Assembly (NCBI GenBank): GCA_964016885.1
Contig: OZ024742.1
Coordinates: 104,532,001-104,596,000, forward strand
Direction of reading: 5' to 3'
DNA length: 64,000 nt
Source: Eledone cirrhosa
Lineage: Eukaryota
The translations under genes and the position numbers were made by a program. Shown piece by piece: positions 37,106 to 51,419 of this stretch (positions are counted from its first letter, which is position 1; the number at the start of each line of letters is the position of its first letter). The notes beneath the pieces are model-generated. The model was not told the origin of the DNA. It ran no database searches and saw only the letters and a list, made by a program, of their open reading frames with translations.

Positions 37106-37987
37106 TACATATATACTTGATTCCATTTAAACTTATGCTTTAAAATATGCTCCATGGATGAAACATAACAATATTGAAAGATATCTATGATTTTCAGTAG
37201 TTAGCTTTTAAAACAAGACCTACTTCTAATAGCATTGCCTCTATTTCCCCCCGAATTAGTATTGGCTGATATTGTTAAAAATTGTCTCATTTGATTGCTG
37301 TTACTAAATTTTAAATAATTTTCAAGTCATTTTTTTGTCATATAATTGCAAGGGTATTAAACCTCTTGATACCAGACTGCCTGAAATCGCCAGAATTTTG
37401 TGATACACAACTGCTCATTATAGAATGTTCATACTTATACTGAAACATTCCATCATAATTTTATTTAAGAATTTTTTGTTCAATGATGTTTGAAATAACA
37501 GCTTACAAATGAAATAATTAATTATTTCATGAAATTCTTCAAATTTTTAAAATTAATTTATACACATAGGCAATGTATTTCAGGAAATATAATGTAACAG
37601 TAAGGTCACTTGAAGATTTTCAACAAACTATATTACATATATATCCTCATTTAACGTCCTTTTTCTCTGCTAACAAGAGTTGGACTTGTCATCATAGATC
37701 AAGTCAGTATCCAGTCAAGACTTCCCAGACAGGCCTGGTTCGGTTGCATCTCTCTTACATGTGTTCCTGTACTCTACAGAATATATGGGGTGGGTTTTAT
37801 CATAGCAGTAGAGAGGTTGGCATGACTTTAACATAACTGAAGAGTCCTATTAATCCTTTTTTGACAAGTTTTCTACAGCTGGATGCCCTTCCACACACTA
37901 ACCACTTACAGAGTATACTGGGAGCATTTTATCAGAGCACCAACACTAGAGAGGTTTTCATCCTCTTGACACAACTCTATGTATGTG

Positions 37988-38060
<73 letters not shown>

Positions 38061-38176
38061 ATGCATGTGCGCATATATGTGTGTTTGTCTCTACATGTGT
38101 TTTTACATTGACACTGGTTGGGCTGCCACTGACATTTGTTTATGTCCTGCAGCTCTGTAGTTCAACGTGTTAAGAT

Positions 38177-38209
<33 letters not shown>

Positions 38210-38286
38210 GTATGTATGTATGTATTTGTGAGGGAATAATAATAATATTATAATAATATCATAATATTATTAATATTCAGTTTAAG

Positions 38287-38472
38287 GGCAGTGGATTGGC
38301 AGTATCGATAGAGGGTCGGATGCCATTCTTTGCAGCAGTTACGTCCCTTTATGGTCTGAGTTCAAATCCCGCCGAGGTTAACTTTGCTTTTCATCCTTAC
38401 GGGGTCAATAAAATAAAGTACCAGTAATACACTGGGATAATTGCTGACCTTGTGCCAAAAGTAGAAACAATT
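38287..38472 (+). mobile_element. SINE family A
   Basis: Full-length match. Confidence 0.9.
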
Positions 38473-38630
38473 ATTAATATTCAGTTTATTTGCAAGCAAA
38501 CAGCCTCATAAACACCAAATAATAATAATATTATGATATTATAATAATAATAATATTCACTCACGAATACATTTAGGTATCCACCATGTTAAGAATGAAA
38601 ACAACATTTTTTAAAAATATGTATATATAT

Positions 38631-39311
38631 GGATGTGTAATAGTAATATACGTGAACGGCAAAGCATAATGAACTAAGGGAGAAATTAGGAATAAGAGGA
38701 ATCAGATGTTGTTTACTCGAGAGAAGAATACGTTGGTACGGTCACGTGATGCGCATGAAAGACGACAGCTGTATAAAAAAGTGCAGGGCGATAAAATAGA
38801 CGGTAGCCACGGAGTAGGCAGACCCAGGAAAACCTGGGACGACTTGATAAATTCCGACCTCACACACTTACACCTCTCCAAGACAATGTCACTGGACCAA
38901 GATCTTTGGCGCTACACAGTAATACAGAAGACCCGCCTTGCCTAAGTACAAAGCGAAACCTACAGTCAGTAGTCACCTCCAACAAAAATACACTCCCACC
39001 CGATCCACACCACCCCTTTTGATGTAAAGTTATGTTGGTACCACAACATCCAGGCCGAAATAAATGAGGTCGTGTAGGTGTCACGACAAAAAACACACAT
39101 TCCACGCTGTAATGTGGCCGTGTAGGTAACACGGTAAAAACCTCCCAGTTCACACTGTAAACATGGTTGGTGTTAGGAAGGGCATCCAGCCGTAGAAAAC
39201 CCGCCAGACAGTCCTATACGAGCAAGACAACCAATCTTGCCTCAAGTGGGAACCGTCCAAACCCATGCAAGCGTGGAAGATCGACGTTAAACGATGATGA
39301 TGATGATGATG
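38631..39311 (+). mobile_element. RTE (PHD family) 3' fragment, one 112-bp unit
   Basis: Colinear with 40861-41797. Confidence 0.92.
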
Positions 39312-39314
39312 ATA

Positions 39315-39362
<48 letters not shown>

Positions 39363-39426
39363 CATATATATATATATGTATATATATATGTATATATATA
39401 TACATATATATATATATATGTATATA

Positions 39427-39586
<160 letters not shown>

Positions 39587-39591
39587 TATAA

Positions 39592-41177
39592 ATAGTTGCT
39601 GAGATGCTGAAGGCATCTGGTTCGGTGGGACACACCATGGTCACCCGGATAGTTAACCAAGTCGTACAGAATGGGGTTGTTCCGAAGGACTGGCGTAGCA
39701 GCATCATCGTTAACTGCTATAAGGGAAAAGGAGATGCCCTAGATAGGAGTAACTATAGAGGCATTAAATTAATCGACCAGGTCATGAAGGTCACGGAAAA
39801 AGTAATAGCGCAACTAATCAGAGAGAGAATTGATCTAGATGAAATGCAGTTCGGGTTTGTGTCAGGCAAAAGTACCATAGACGCTCTTTTCATTGTACGA
39901 CAACTACAGGAGAAGTACCTAGCTAAAAGTAAACCCCTATACTTAGCTTTCGTCGACTTGGAGAAAGCCTTCGACAGAGTCCCCCGTTCCATTATCTGGT
40001 GGTCTCTTAGAAAACTAGGTGTTGACGAATGACTTGTGAGAGCTATACAAGCCATGTATAAAGAAACAGTCAGTAAGGTTAGAATTAACAACGAATATAG
40101 TGAAGAGTTTAGCGTAAAAGTTGGTGTCCATCAGGGCTCTGTTCTTAGCCCCTACTATTTATTATTGCCCTTCAGGCTATAACAGAGGAGTTCAAGACCG
40201 GCTGCCCATGGGAACTCCTATACGCAGATGATCTAACGCTCATAGCTGAATCAATGACCGAACTAGAGAAGAAATTCCAAACATGGAAGCACGGCCTAGA
40301 ATCAAAAGGCCTTAAAATTAACCTGGCTAAGACAAAAGTTCTAGTTTGTAGGAAAGAAAATATGGCGGCAGTCCCATCTGGGAAATGGCCATGCTCAGTG
40401 TGTAGGAAAGGCGTAGGTAGAAACTCCATTTTATGTCCCAAATGCAAAGTATGGGTGCATAAAAGATGTAGTGGGATCACAGGTAAGCTAACTAAGAACA
40501 TAGATTTTACATGTGGCCGGTGCTCTGGTGCAATAAGTAGCAGCAAGTGCCCACAAAATACTAGCTCCTTCAACTGCGCAGAGGGTTCTATAGAAATAGT
40601 GGACAGCTTCCGTTACCTGGGTGACAAAATCAGCAGTGGGGGAGGGTGCTCTGAAAGTACAGTAGCTAGAGTCAGAACTGGATGGAAAAAGTTCAGAGAG
40701 CTTATACCACTATTAGCCGCTAGAGGGTTCTCCCTAAAAATGAAAGGCAGGTTATACGATGCCTGCATACGAACAGCAATGCTGCATGGCAGTGAGACCT
40801 GGGCATTGTGTGCAGAGGATATACGCAGACTAGAGAGGAACGAAGCTTGCCTGCTCCGCTGGATGTGCAATAGTAATATACGTGAACGGCAAAGCATAAA
40901 CGAACTAAGGAAAAAATTAGAAATAAGAGGGATCAGATGTTGTTTACTCGAGAGAAGGCTACGTTGGTACGGTCACGTGATGCGCATGAAAGACGACAGC
41001 TGTATAACAAAGTGCAGGGCAATAAAGATAGACGGTAGCCACGGAGTAGGCAGACCCAGAAAAACATGGGACGAGCTGATAAATTCCGACCTCACACGCT
41101 TACACCTCTCCAAGACAATGTCACTGGACCGAGACCTTTGGCGGTACTCAGTAATAGAGAAGACCCGCCTTACCTAA
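39592..41177 (+). pseudogene. Disrupted RTE reverse transcriptase
   Basis: NYRGIKL, QFGF, FVDLEKAFDRV, HQGSVLSP, YADD (40221), [15 protein letters not shown]; TGA at 40030 (likely ex-TGG) and a 1-nt deletion near 40150. Confidence 0.92.
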
Positions 41178-41797
41178 ATACAAAGTAAAAACCTACTACA
41201 GTCAGTAGGCATCTCTATCAAAACACCCCCCCGTCCCACCACCTCCACCCCATCCACATCGCCCCTTTCAATGTACAGTTATGTTGGTCCCACAACATCC
41301 AGGCCGAAACAAATGAGATCGTGTAGGTGTCACGACAAAAAAACACACAGTCCACGCTGTAAATGTGGCCGTGTAGGCAACACGGTAAAAACCTCCCAGC
41401 CCCACACTGTAAATGTGGTTGGTGTTAGGAAGGGCATCCAACTGTAGAAAACCCGCCAGACAGTCCACGCTGTAATGTGGCCGTGGAGGCAACACGGTAA
41501 AAACCTCCCAGCCCCACACTGTAAATGTGGTTGGTGTTAGGAAGGGCATCCAGCTGTAGAAAACCCGCCAGACAGTCCACGCTGTAATGTGGCCGTGGAG
41601 GCAACACGGTAAAAACCTCCCAGCCCCACACTGTAAATGTGGTTGGTGTTAGGAAGGGCATCCAACTGTAGAAAACCCGCCAGACAGTCCTATGCGAGCA
41701 AGACAACCACTCTTGCCTCAAGTGGGAAAACCCCCGTCCAAACCCATGCAAGCGTGGAACACGGACGCTAAACCTGATGATGATGATGATGATGATG
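39592..41797 (+). mobile_element. RTE-clade LINE, 5'-truncated, with a PHD-like finger; three 112-bp units in the 3' UTR
   Basis: RT ORF + long 3' UTR + (ATG)n tail, inserted in (TA)n. Confidence 0.93.
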
Positions 41798-42002
41798 ATA
41801 TATATCAATTGTAAATATGCATACAAAAACCCAAAACATAAAAGCAAAATACTATACATGTAGACATATACATACATGCCTCATATATGTATGAGTACAC
41901 ATAGAGACACACACAATCATCATATAAAGACATATACTCTAAAACCTACACATTCATCTCAATCATTTAATGTCTGTTTTCTCTTCTATCAAGGTTTAGA
42001 CT

Positions 42003-42076
<74 letters not shown>

Positions 42077-42672
42077 GTATAAATAAATACACATGTAATC
42101 AAATCCCTACATATACATAAATACATTAACACACACATACGCTATGGAATCATCTAAAATTTAATGTGAACAAGTCATTTATGCATCAGTAAACACTTGA
42201 GTGGATATGAAATGAACCTTGAAATACCTTGAAATTCTCTACCTTTTTATCTTGATATATTGTTAAATTGGGTATTATACATTAGTACATGGCTAGTTTA
42301 TCTACTGTACATACCTTAGGTATTTAGTTGGTATACACTGTATGTGTAGGTAGCGAGTTAGCAGAGACATTAGTATTTGTTCTGGCTATCTGCACTCTGT
42401 GTTCAAAACCTGCTGTGGTCAATTTTGCTTTTCATTATTTCGAAGCCAATAAAAATGTATCAGTCCAGTACTGATGGTCGATACTTTCTCTGTATCTCGT
42501 TCTCACTTACTCTCACTCTCTTCTGGAAGAAATCAGCTGTGTTCAGAACTGAAGAGGTGATGGGCTCCACTAGATTTAAAATGCCCAGGACATGTGGTAT
42601 ATCAGTATGGCAGGCCAAGCTTATTGATATTATGTACGCATAACTACTTCTATAGGTGCATGCACAGCTTAC

Positions 42673-42703
42673 TGCAGGTGTTGAGCAAGGTGCAAAGTTG
42701 TAA
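42673..42703 (-). other. Candidate 31-nt micro-exon
   Basis: TCTTTTATTTGCTTCTCAACAG|TTACAACTTTGCACCTTGCTCAACACCTGCA|GTAAGC. Confidence 0.3.
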
Positions 42704-44574
42704 CTGTTGAGAAGCAAATAAAAGAACTGCAGGAAATTCTTTGTTACATATACTTTATTATCATACTGGAACAGTATACTTCATTTGTATATTAAAACAA
42801 TTTACTTCATTTGCATATTAAAACAGTTTACTTCATTTGCATCTAGAGATTTGAAATTATTTTCCTCCACCTTTTTTGTTTCAATACTTTGTGTGTATGT
42901 GAAAAAAATTTATATATGAATATATTACATTATCATGACAATTTATGCATATATATATATATAGTACTAATAAAAGGGGGATAATAAGGAAGAAAAAAGT
43001 GGGTAGAAGACCCACACACAACAAGGGGCTCTGGGGCTTCTCAAATAATTTTGTAGGCAAACCAACACACTCACAGTATTGCCACAGGTGTTAGTGAGGC
43101 TGAAGCACTTGAATAACTATATAAATTACAGAAAATGATTTTTCCATTTCTCAATGGATTTGTATATAATTCATATATCTTATATAAGATATACATAAAT
43201 ATGTTTTGCACATATATTTATGTAACACAAAGAGAAGAAACTAAATTTTGTAATGCATTTTTATCTCACAAATCTTCTCCCCTGTTCTTGCTAATACCAA
43301 CCAAGACTAATTGTAGTTTCAAAATATCCCCCCTAGAAGTTATAACAATGCTATTAATAAAAACTGAATTTCATCTATTATTTAATATTATACTAGAAGC
43401 AATAGATAACTACGATTTCTTCATAATAAACTGAGGCTATATTCAATAGAAATTTATAACATTTTTTTTTTTTAATAAATTCTAACCAGGGTTGTAGATC
43501 CTCATTGTTCTAGTCAGGTTATAGATCATCATTTTCAAAGTTTCATGGGATTTGTGATAAGGACTAACTTCTTAATGGAGACAATACTGGTCTATTTTAA
43601 TAAGTCATAGAATATCTAAATCACTCAAAACTGTACAGAAGATTTAAATACACAAGAGATGAAGGAGTCTGATTAGTTATCTACCCCTAAAGCTACCCAG
43701 AAATAAACTAAACAATGGATTCATTGATATCAGAAAAACAACAACAAAATAAAAAACAACAGAAGAAAAAACAAATAATCTGGGAATGAAACAGAAAATG
43801 TTTTACACACAAAGAAACCAAGGAATCTTAGTCTTTGTTGTTTGGTGAGAAAATACCTGTCTAGAATGTTAAGTCTTGTAAAAATTAGCAGAAGATTGAA
43901 AGAAACTTCTTTAAAACAACAACAGCAACAACAAATTGTTTTTTTTCTTTTTTTCTTTCAACAAAACAAAAAATAAGAGAGGAGAGAGAAAGACAGACTA
44001 ATGAGAGAAAGAGAGAAAAATTAAGTAAATCTTGTGTAACAAGTAACATAGTTTGGAATTTGTTTCAGTCAAAAATGTTGGTATTCAGAGGTTAAATTCT
44101 GTAATTCTTATATAATTCCTGATTGCTAATTGATTCTCATTCATGGTTAATTCAGATAATAGTTAAATAAAAAAAACAACAAAAATTCTGTCAACTGAAA
44201 GGAATCTATCTTTACTGTTGAAATTGTTGAAAATATACAATCTGTTTTGTTTGTGAGTTGGTTGGCTTTCTTAAACATTTATCGTCTTTCATTTACAGTG
44301 ATTTTTTTTATCCCCGCTTGCAAGCATCTTGAAAAGAATTTCAAATAGCCACCTGGGAGTATTTGTGTGAATTCAAAATTTACTGGGCAATGTTATCTCA
44401 CACATTTTGTTTTTGATGTTTTAAATCAGTTGTGTCTACATTTTAACCAAGGATAGATTAATTTTTGATTCACTACAACAGTTCTTTTGATACCATATTC
44501 TTAATGAAAAATACTGCATATGATTTTCAAATCATTTTGAAGATATTCAAGAGTTCAGAGAGATTTATTCATTT

Positions 44575-44802
44575 TCATGTGGAATATGAAAGCAAGAGTG
44601 GTACCAATTATGACTGGAGCGCTTGAGTCAGTGACAGAAAATCTTCAGAAAAACCTTGATAGAATTGGAATCTGTTCCAGCATTACAACATTGCAAAAAA
44701 CAACACTTTTTGGAATGTAATGTCTATCTGAGGTTACATAACTTGATAGGGAGGTAATTAAATGATCCAGTGTTAATAAGATCATCATTGTGCAAATAAA
44801 GG

Positions 44803-44832
<30 letters not shown>
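44575..44832 (+). mobile_element. R4/Dong-like non-LTR 3' relic with an (AAT)n tail
   Basis: WNMKARVVPIMTGALESV..LDRIGI..LQKTTLFG resembles the VVPIVIGALG..LQK..LLG end of R4-clade RLE domains. Confidence 0.65.
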
Positions 44833-44835
<3 letters not shown>

Positions 44836-46959
44836 GTTTCTGATTCAGGTACAAGGCCAACAATTTTGGGGAGAAGGGAAAGTTGATTAAATCGCCCCCC
44901 AGTGCGTGACTGGTACTTTATTTTATCGACCTCATAAGGATGAAAGACAAAGCTAACCCTATGCCACTACGCATATTGTCCAATGCTATACTGATACTGA
45001 ATAATAATAATAATCATGATAATGATGATGCTAACAACAACAACATCACCTAAAAAAACTATCCCATGTTATATGATATTTTTAACATTTTCTATTTCAA
45101 TTCTTCAGCATTCTGCCAAGATTTTAGTTAAATCTCTGTGAAAACTATTTGGCTAAGAGTTTAGGAATTCTTTATTTCTGATATGTTCCAAATGTCTGTA
45201 AATTTCTTCTCTACCATATGGTTCTATAAACACTGAACAGATGGTAAATGGACAGTTCTGTATCAAGTAAATTTGGTAGATGAATCACAGCATTTTTTTT
45301 CATTCTAGATTTACTTATTTCAATAATGTTTAATCTTATGGAAATTGTCTGCTGTAAGACATCTAAAGTGGCAAATTGGCAGAGTTGTTAGAACATCAGG
45401 TTCAATGTTTTGTAGTATTCATTCTGGTTCTTTGCACTCCGAGTTCACAACCTGCTGAGATCAACTGTACTTTTCATCCTTTTGAGGATGATAAAGTATC
45501 ATTCCAGTACTGGGGTTGATTCTTCCTCCCTATATATCTCTCACTTCCTCTCTATATAAATCAGTTGTGTCCAGATCTGGGGAGGGATGGGCTCTATCAG
45601 GTTTTAAAACATGCCCAAGACACACAGTGTGTCACTATGGCACCCCTGTGACCTCATAAGGACGTATGGGTTCATACATACAAGACAACTTTTTCTGGAG
45701 ATAATATTTTGTTTCATGTCTAGTTAATAATGATATATTATGTAAACTTCTATGTTGTTTTATTAAAGTTCTCAATTTGAAAAAAATATTTTGTCAATAT
45801 TTCTCTACATCATTAAGATAAAGCCAGGCCAAAAAGGTGGGGTATGACAGGTAGGCCAGTAAGCATGTGCTTACAATTTTGAAGGGAGTCTACTCCCCTG
45901 AAATTCTAATTGTTTTATTCAGTTAGTTGTAAGTACATCATATACCCTATGTTTGTATGAACATGTAACTCCTGATAGAGTTTTAGGGGTGCTCTCTTGA
46001 CATACAACATATCTTGTGGGGGCCTAAACATAGTTGATTTCTTCCAGAGAAAGAAAGAGTGTATTGTATTGGTGATCTACATGATAAATGCACTCAGTAC
46101 ATGCTGCAAAGTGGTTAGTAATAGGAAGGGCATCCAGCCATAGAAAATATGCCAAACAAAGGATTGAGAAGACACTCAGTTGTGTCAAAGACATGACAAC
46201 CTCTCCTGTGAACTCAGTAGAATGTGAAACCATACATAAGTGAGACGACAAATCCTTGGCTTGTCTGGGAGATCAGTAACCACTGCTTCAGTATTGATAT
46301 GGTTTGTGTAGACCTATCCAACCTTTGCTACCAGTGAAAGTAGATGTTATGATGATGATGAACCTATGTACTTGTATAAATTGCATGTATTTTGCATTGA
46401 TTACTTAAATACTTAATGGGCAGTTTGAAATAGGTCCTATATTTTACATCTGGCCTGGGGCTTTGCATTAGCCTGGCTATAGACCACTTCTATGTTGAAA
46501 CAAACATTAAAGAGGCGAATATACAATTATACACACAATTGGAGATTTACTTTAGGCAAAAATCATTTGGCATTAACATATCTAGATTTGATTGTTTTCC
46601 AATATTGAACATATGGAAAATTACCAGCCAACACCTACAACTTCACAGGTTAATTCAAATTAAGAATATTTTCCTGAGCTGTATTATTGATGGTGTTGTT
46701 GCCGTCATGGTAACCTTTTTGATACCAGCCCACCTAAAACTGTCTCAGGTTCTATGAAATAAAATCATCAACTTTAATGGCTTTCTATTGAAATAAAAAT
46801 TTCCAGGTTAAATTTACTTTTGTTATGTTACAGATATTATCATCATTATTACTGTTTAACGTCAATTTTTTCACACTAGCATGGGTTAGATGAGTTGTCT
46901 CGTTGTGGGACAAGCCAGATCAGATGACAATGTCTTGCTCATACAGAACAGATTTTTAA

Positions 46960-47172
46960 TAATGATTTCTACTTTAGGCACAAAGCCAGCAATTTGTGGG
47001 GAGGGGAAGGTTGACTATATTGACCCCAATATTTAATTGGTGCATTATTTTATCGACCTTGGAAGGATGAAAGGTAAAGTTGACCCCGGTGAGACTTGAA
47101 CTCGGAAAAAGCAGGAACAAATACTGCAATGGCATTATTTGATATGGTAACATCTCTGCTAATCAACTGCCC
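46960..47172 (-). mobile_element. Older SINE family A-like copy (other degraded copies at ~22200, 36780, 44835, 45370, 48000, 48680, 50945, 52400, 63380)
   Basis: TTTATCGACC..GGATGAAAGG.AAAGTTGACC core. Confidence 0.75.
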
Positions 47173-50100
47173 TCAAAACCAGTTAAACCCTTAAGCATTT
47201 ACATTACCTTATATTTATTATTATATTTTTGCAGTAAAGGCTTTATCTCATATTATATGAGTGACCAGTAACAACCGGTTTGAATAGAAAGAGGTGAGAG
47301 AATTCTGGCCAGATATGGCTGGTTTAAATGCTAAAAACTTAATAATGAAATAATGAAATATCATATTAAATTCCTTCCAAATCTTTCAATAACTAATTCA
47401 AATACAGAGTATTTCATTAGAAATTCAGTAATGAACGTGTTAAAGGAATTTTGTAAAATTGTTTTATAAAATGATAATTATATAATTATATAAGTTATGA
47501 TGTAGTTTACTAGATAAGAATAAATGATGAAGAAAACATGAAATATAATGGAAAATGTTTGTTTATCAATTATAAAATATTAAGATATTAAAAAAAATCA
47601 TATCAAAGCCTCTTTTATTGCTTAATCTAGAGAAAGTGCTGTGTTCTTGACCCTTTTCAGAGCCTCCAAGTCTAGTGGAAGAAAAGGAACGTATTCTCAA
47701 ATCAAAGATCTAGCTTGAATGTTAGCAGCAGAGTGGACTCTCCTAATGGTATTTAAGATTGTAGGCTTAAACTCAATACCCAATTAGGTCATTTTGAGGT
47801 CCTAAGGCCCTAAGCACTTACAAGATTATAGTGTTACCGCATATATAAAATCTAGAAAAATAAATTTTTTTGAATGAAAAATACATTTAATTTGAAAAAA
47901 ATTGGTGCCTTTATTCTTTGATGCCCTACATATATGTTTATTTTGCTTAATGGTAAATCCAGCCCTGCTTAATCTGCTTAAATCTACTATCCAAGTTGGT
48001 AGAATTTTACCACAGAATGCCAACAATTCTGCCAGTCCACCCCATTGAGAATAGTACTTTATTGATTCCAGACGAATGAAACTTCAAAGTTGACTTTGGC
48101 AAGATTTGAATTCAGAACAAAAGAAACCAGAATAAACTCTGCAAAATATTTCGTTTCATGCTCTAACAGATCTGTCAATTCACCACCTCTTTCCATGACT
48201 ATTCAATGGTTGCATGGGCAACTGAATCACCCAAATAAAAATATCTTAATAGGAGTGTATTTCTTAAAACATCAGTTCATCTCATTCCATATGTCAGTTA
48301 TTTAGGATGTTTTTAGTACTCCTCCCACAGACTAATTCTGATGACATGTGTAAAAGGTAAATTCTGCAACCAACTTCAGTGGAATTATTTCCAGCCCTCT
48401 ACCTCAAAATGTTCACTTTTACCACCACAGTATCTTAGTTTCTCCTTTCCTCGGTACTTTAGCTTCACCCTACTCCATTAGTTCATCTTCACCTCAATTC
48501 TCAATATCTTAAAGCTGCTATTATTGAATAAGTTCTTTGCATTATCATGAATGAACAATAATAATAATATGAAATTATTGTGTACAGAGCTCATGTGCAC
48601 TACAACTCATCAAAAGTGCATGTATAGTACATAGAACAATATACAAATGTCAGGAAAGTGAACAGTGTATGAGTCATGAAGGCAGTGGATTGACAGAATC
48701 TTCAAAGCATCAGATGAAATGCGCTGCAGTATTTCATTGCAGCCCTCTACATTCTGGTTTCAAATCTTGCTGAAGCCAACTTTGTCTTTCTACCACTCAA
48801 GTATTGGGGTTGATATAATCAACTTTCTCTTCCCTCTAGTTTGCTGGCCTTGTGCATACATTAGAAACTATTATTATAAACCCAATAACATAAATAATCA
48901 TTAAAAACGTATCTTTTTTCTTTTTATTGTTCAACCCAATGGAATTGAAAAAAACAAAACAATCTCTTGATTCAATTTTCTTTGTGTTTTGAGTGATTTC
49001 TTTCATGCTTCTGTGATTTTTCATCTCATATTTCTATTATAAAGTGCAGAAAACTGATAGCCTTTATCATAGTTTACCCTCATTGCAGGTTTATGTGAAA
49101 AACTTCATTGACTTGTAACATTTTCAGATTTATTTAGTATGACCGCAACTGAATTGTTTTGTTATCTGAGAAGGGAGGTAACCAGAGTTAGTGATGAGGC
49201 TGAGAAAAGCAGCAGATCAGAAATGAGAGGAGATTGTTGAGGTTGCCTCAAATCAGCCCAGACCAAGCAGACTTATTACCAAAGCTTATCCAGCAATGAT
49301 CATCTCATCTTTTTCTATATTAGAAATTACATTCTCCAATGAGTCTTTTCTGCTTTTTCTTTAACATATTTCTAATGAAAGACCCTTCCTATAATGTTCA
49401 AATAAATAAGAATTTCAAGGGATATAGTAATATAACTAATTTTCTCACTATTAAACTGGTGTTTGGAATATAATTTAACAAAAGTTCTTACATAAAATTA
49501 TGATGGAAGGTTTTTAGCTAGATGGTAGTGCTGGTGCCACAACAAAAGTACCCTGAAGGTGGTTATACGGTACTATGACAAAAAACACCTGGTTTACTCT
49601 GTAAGGTTTTAGTGTTAGTCATGATAAAGTGCTCTCATTGCATGTTGTAAAAGAGGTGGCTTTAGGAAGGACATCAAACCTTAGATAAAAGCCAAAAATA
49701 GAATGTAAGAGCAAGATGTGGTCATCTGACCAGTCTGGTCTCTATACTTGACAGCCCATCTAACCCATGCAAGCTTGGCGATGATGACGATAAACATTTT
49801 AAAACAGTTTTGTATCCTAGAACCAAAGGCAGTTTCAAGGTGTTTGGTATCAAAAGAATTAAAATACTAAGGTATAATTCAAGGGAGATTTGGCTACTAT
49901 TGTTGTCTTCTCACAGCTTAGCAATATGACTTTACTTTTATTTAAACCATAGTAATAGACTGAAACTGCTCAAATTATCTTTAATGGTTCTGCAGGTATT
50001 CATGTCTTGAGCAACATGAAATGAAATAGTTTTGCTTAAGAACACTCCATGCTACCTGGTACAAGGATTGAACCTGTGACATTATGAGTTTTCTCACATA

Positions 50101-50206
50101 AAATGATGATGGAAGGTTTAAAAATATATATGAACACTTTGAAATAGGCAATTTTCTATCATAGAACCAGGGGTAGTTTCAAGCAGTTTGGTATCAAAAG
50201 GGTTAA

Positions 50207-50429
50207 CCTTTTAGCACTTAAACCAGCCGTATCCGACCAGAATCTCTCACCTCTTTCTGTTTAAACTGGCTGTAAGCGGCGACTCATACCGATGTTAAGG
50301 TATTGTTCTCAAAATAAGTAATATCAAAAATCTTGTAGATTCAATATTACGTGATTTTTTTAAATGTAATAAAGCCTTTACCACAAAAATACAATAGTAT
50401 ATATAGAGAGTAACATAGATGCTAAAGGG
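50207..50429. mobile_element. piggyBac-type MITE with TTAA duplication; other copies at ~47187-47340, 52720-52935, 60090-60313
   Basis: TTAA|CCTTTTAGCA...TGCTAAAGGG|TTAA. Confidence 0.75.
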
Positions 50430-50509
50430 TTAAGTCTTGATGCTTTTTTTCCTAAACTGATTATATTAATGAAAGACTATTCAACAATAACAAAGAACAC
50501 TCCATTCTA

Positions 50510-50588
50510 TTGGGTCGTCAAGTATGAAATTTGTAGAAAAAAACAAAGACCATATGTCTCACTACAAATTTCATACTTGACAACCCAA
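50510..50588. mobile_element. mariner-type MITE with TA duplication
   Basis: TA|TTGGGTCGTCAAGTATGAAATTTGTAG...CTACAAATTTCATACTTGACAACCCAA|TA. Confidence 0.75.
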
Positions 50589-51214
50589 TAACAAAGAAAG
50601 ATTTATGTCATTCGAACCATGGTTGTGTAGCTAAATGGGCCCATCCTTACTTAATATTCTACTGTAGGTCAGGGGCTACTGAAAGAAGGCATTCGCTTAT
50701 GTAGTCAAAGTAATCTGGAATTTGTGGGACTCCCTGATTGGCCCCTATTTGGTTATCCCCTGTTTTGGAATGTAGCTATATAAAATTTACTTCATTTTAT
50801 ATGTTTTCTTTGTTTCTCACCACATTCCAAATAAAACACCCACTGTTTTTTCTTCATGTTTATAAAATCCCTCATCCATTGCATTTGTGGTAAGTAAAGT
50901 AATCATTAATATTAATACAGATATTTCATTTTTGTCATTCAGAAGAATTGTCAGAGTTGTTAGAGTGTAGGACAAAACGCATTGCAGTATTTGTTCTGGC
51001 TCACTTGTTGTAGGTTCAAATCTTGCCTAGGTCAACTTTGCCTTTCATCCTTTCAGGGTTGATAAAATAAAGTAGATATCCAGGGCAATGGATTAATAGA
51101 ATTGCTAGAGGATCAGACAAAATACCATGTAACATTAATTTCAACTCTTTATAGTCTGAGTTCGAGTTTTATCATGGCCTACTTGGATTGTAGGTCACAA
51201 TATATATGGGTATT

Positions 51215-51419
51215 CGTGTAGGCGCCACGGAAAAAAGCACCCAGCACTCACTGTAAATGAGGTTGGTGTTAGGAAGGGCATCCAGCTGTAGAAATCAAGC
51301 CAAAATCAGTTCCTGTATGAACAAGACATGGTCAGCCGACCAGACACTGCCCACAACAGGACAACCCGTCTAACCCATGCTAGCATGGAAGAACGGACGT
51401 AAAACGGTGATGATGATGA
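51215..51419 (+). mobile_element. SINE family B 3' half
   Basis: Matches 10920-11127. Confidence 0.88.
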
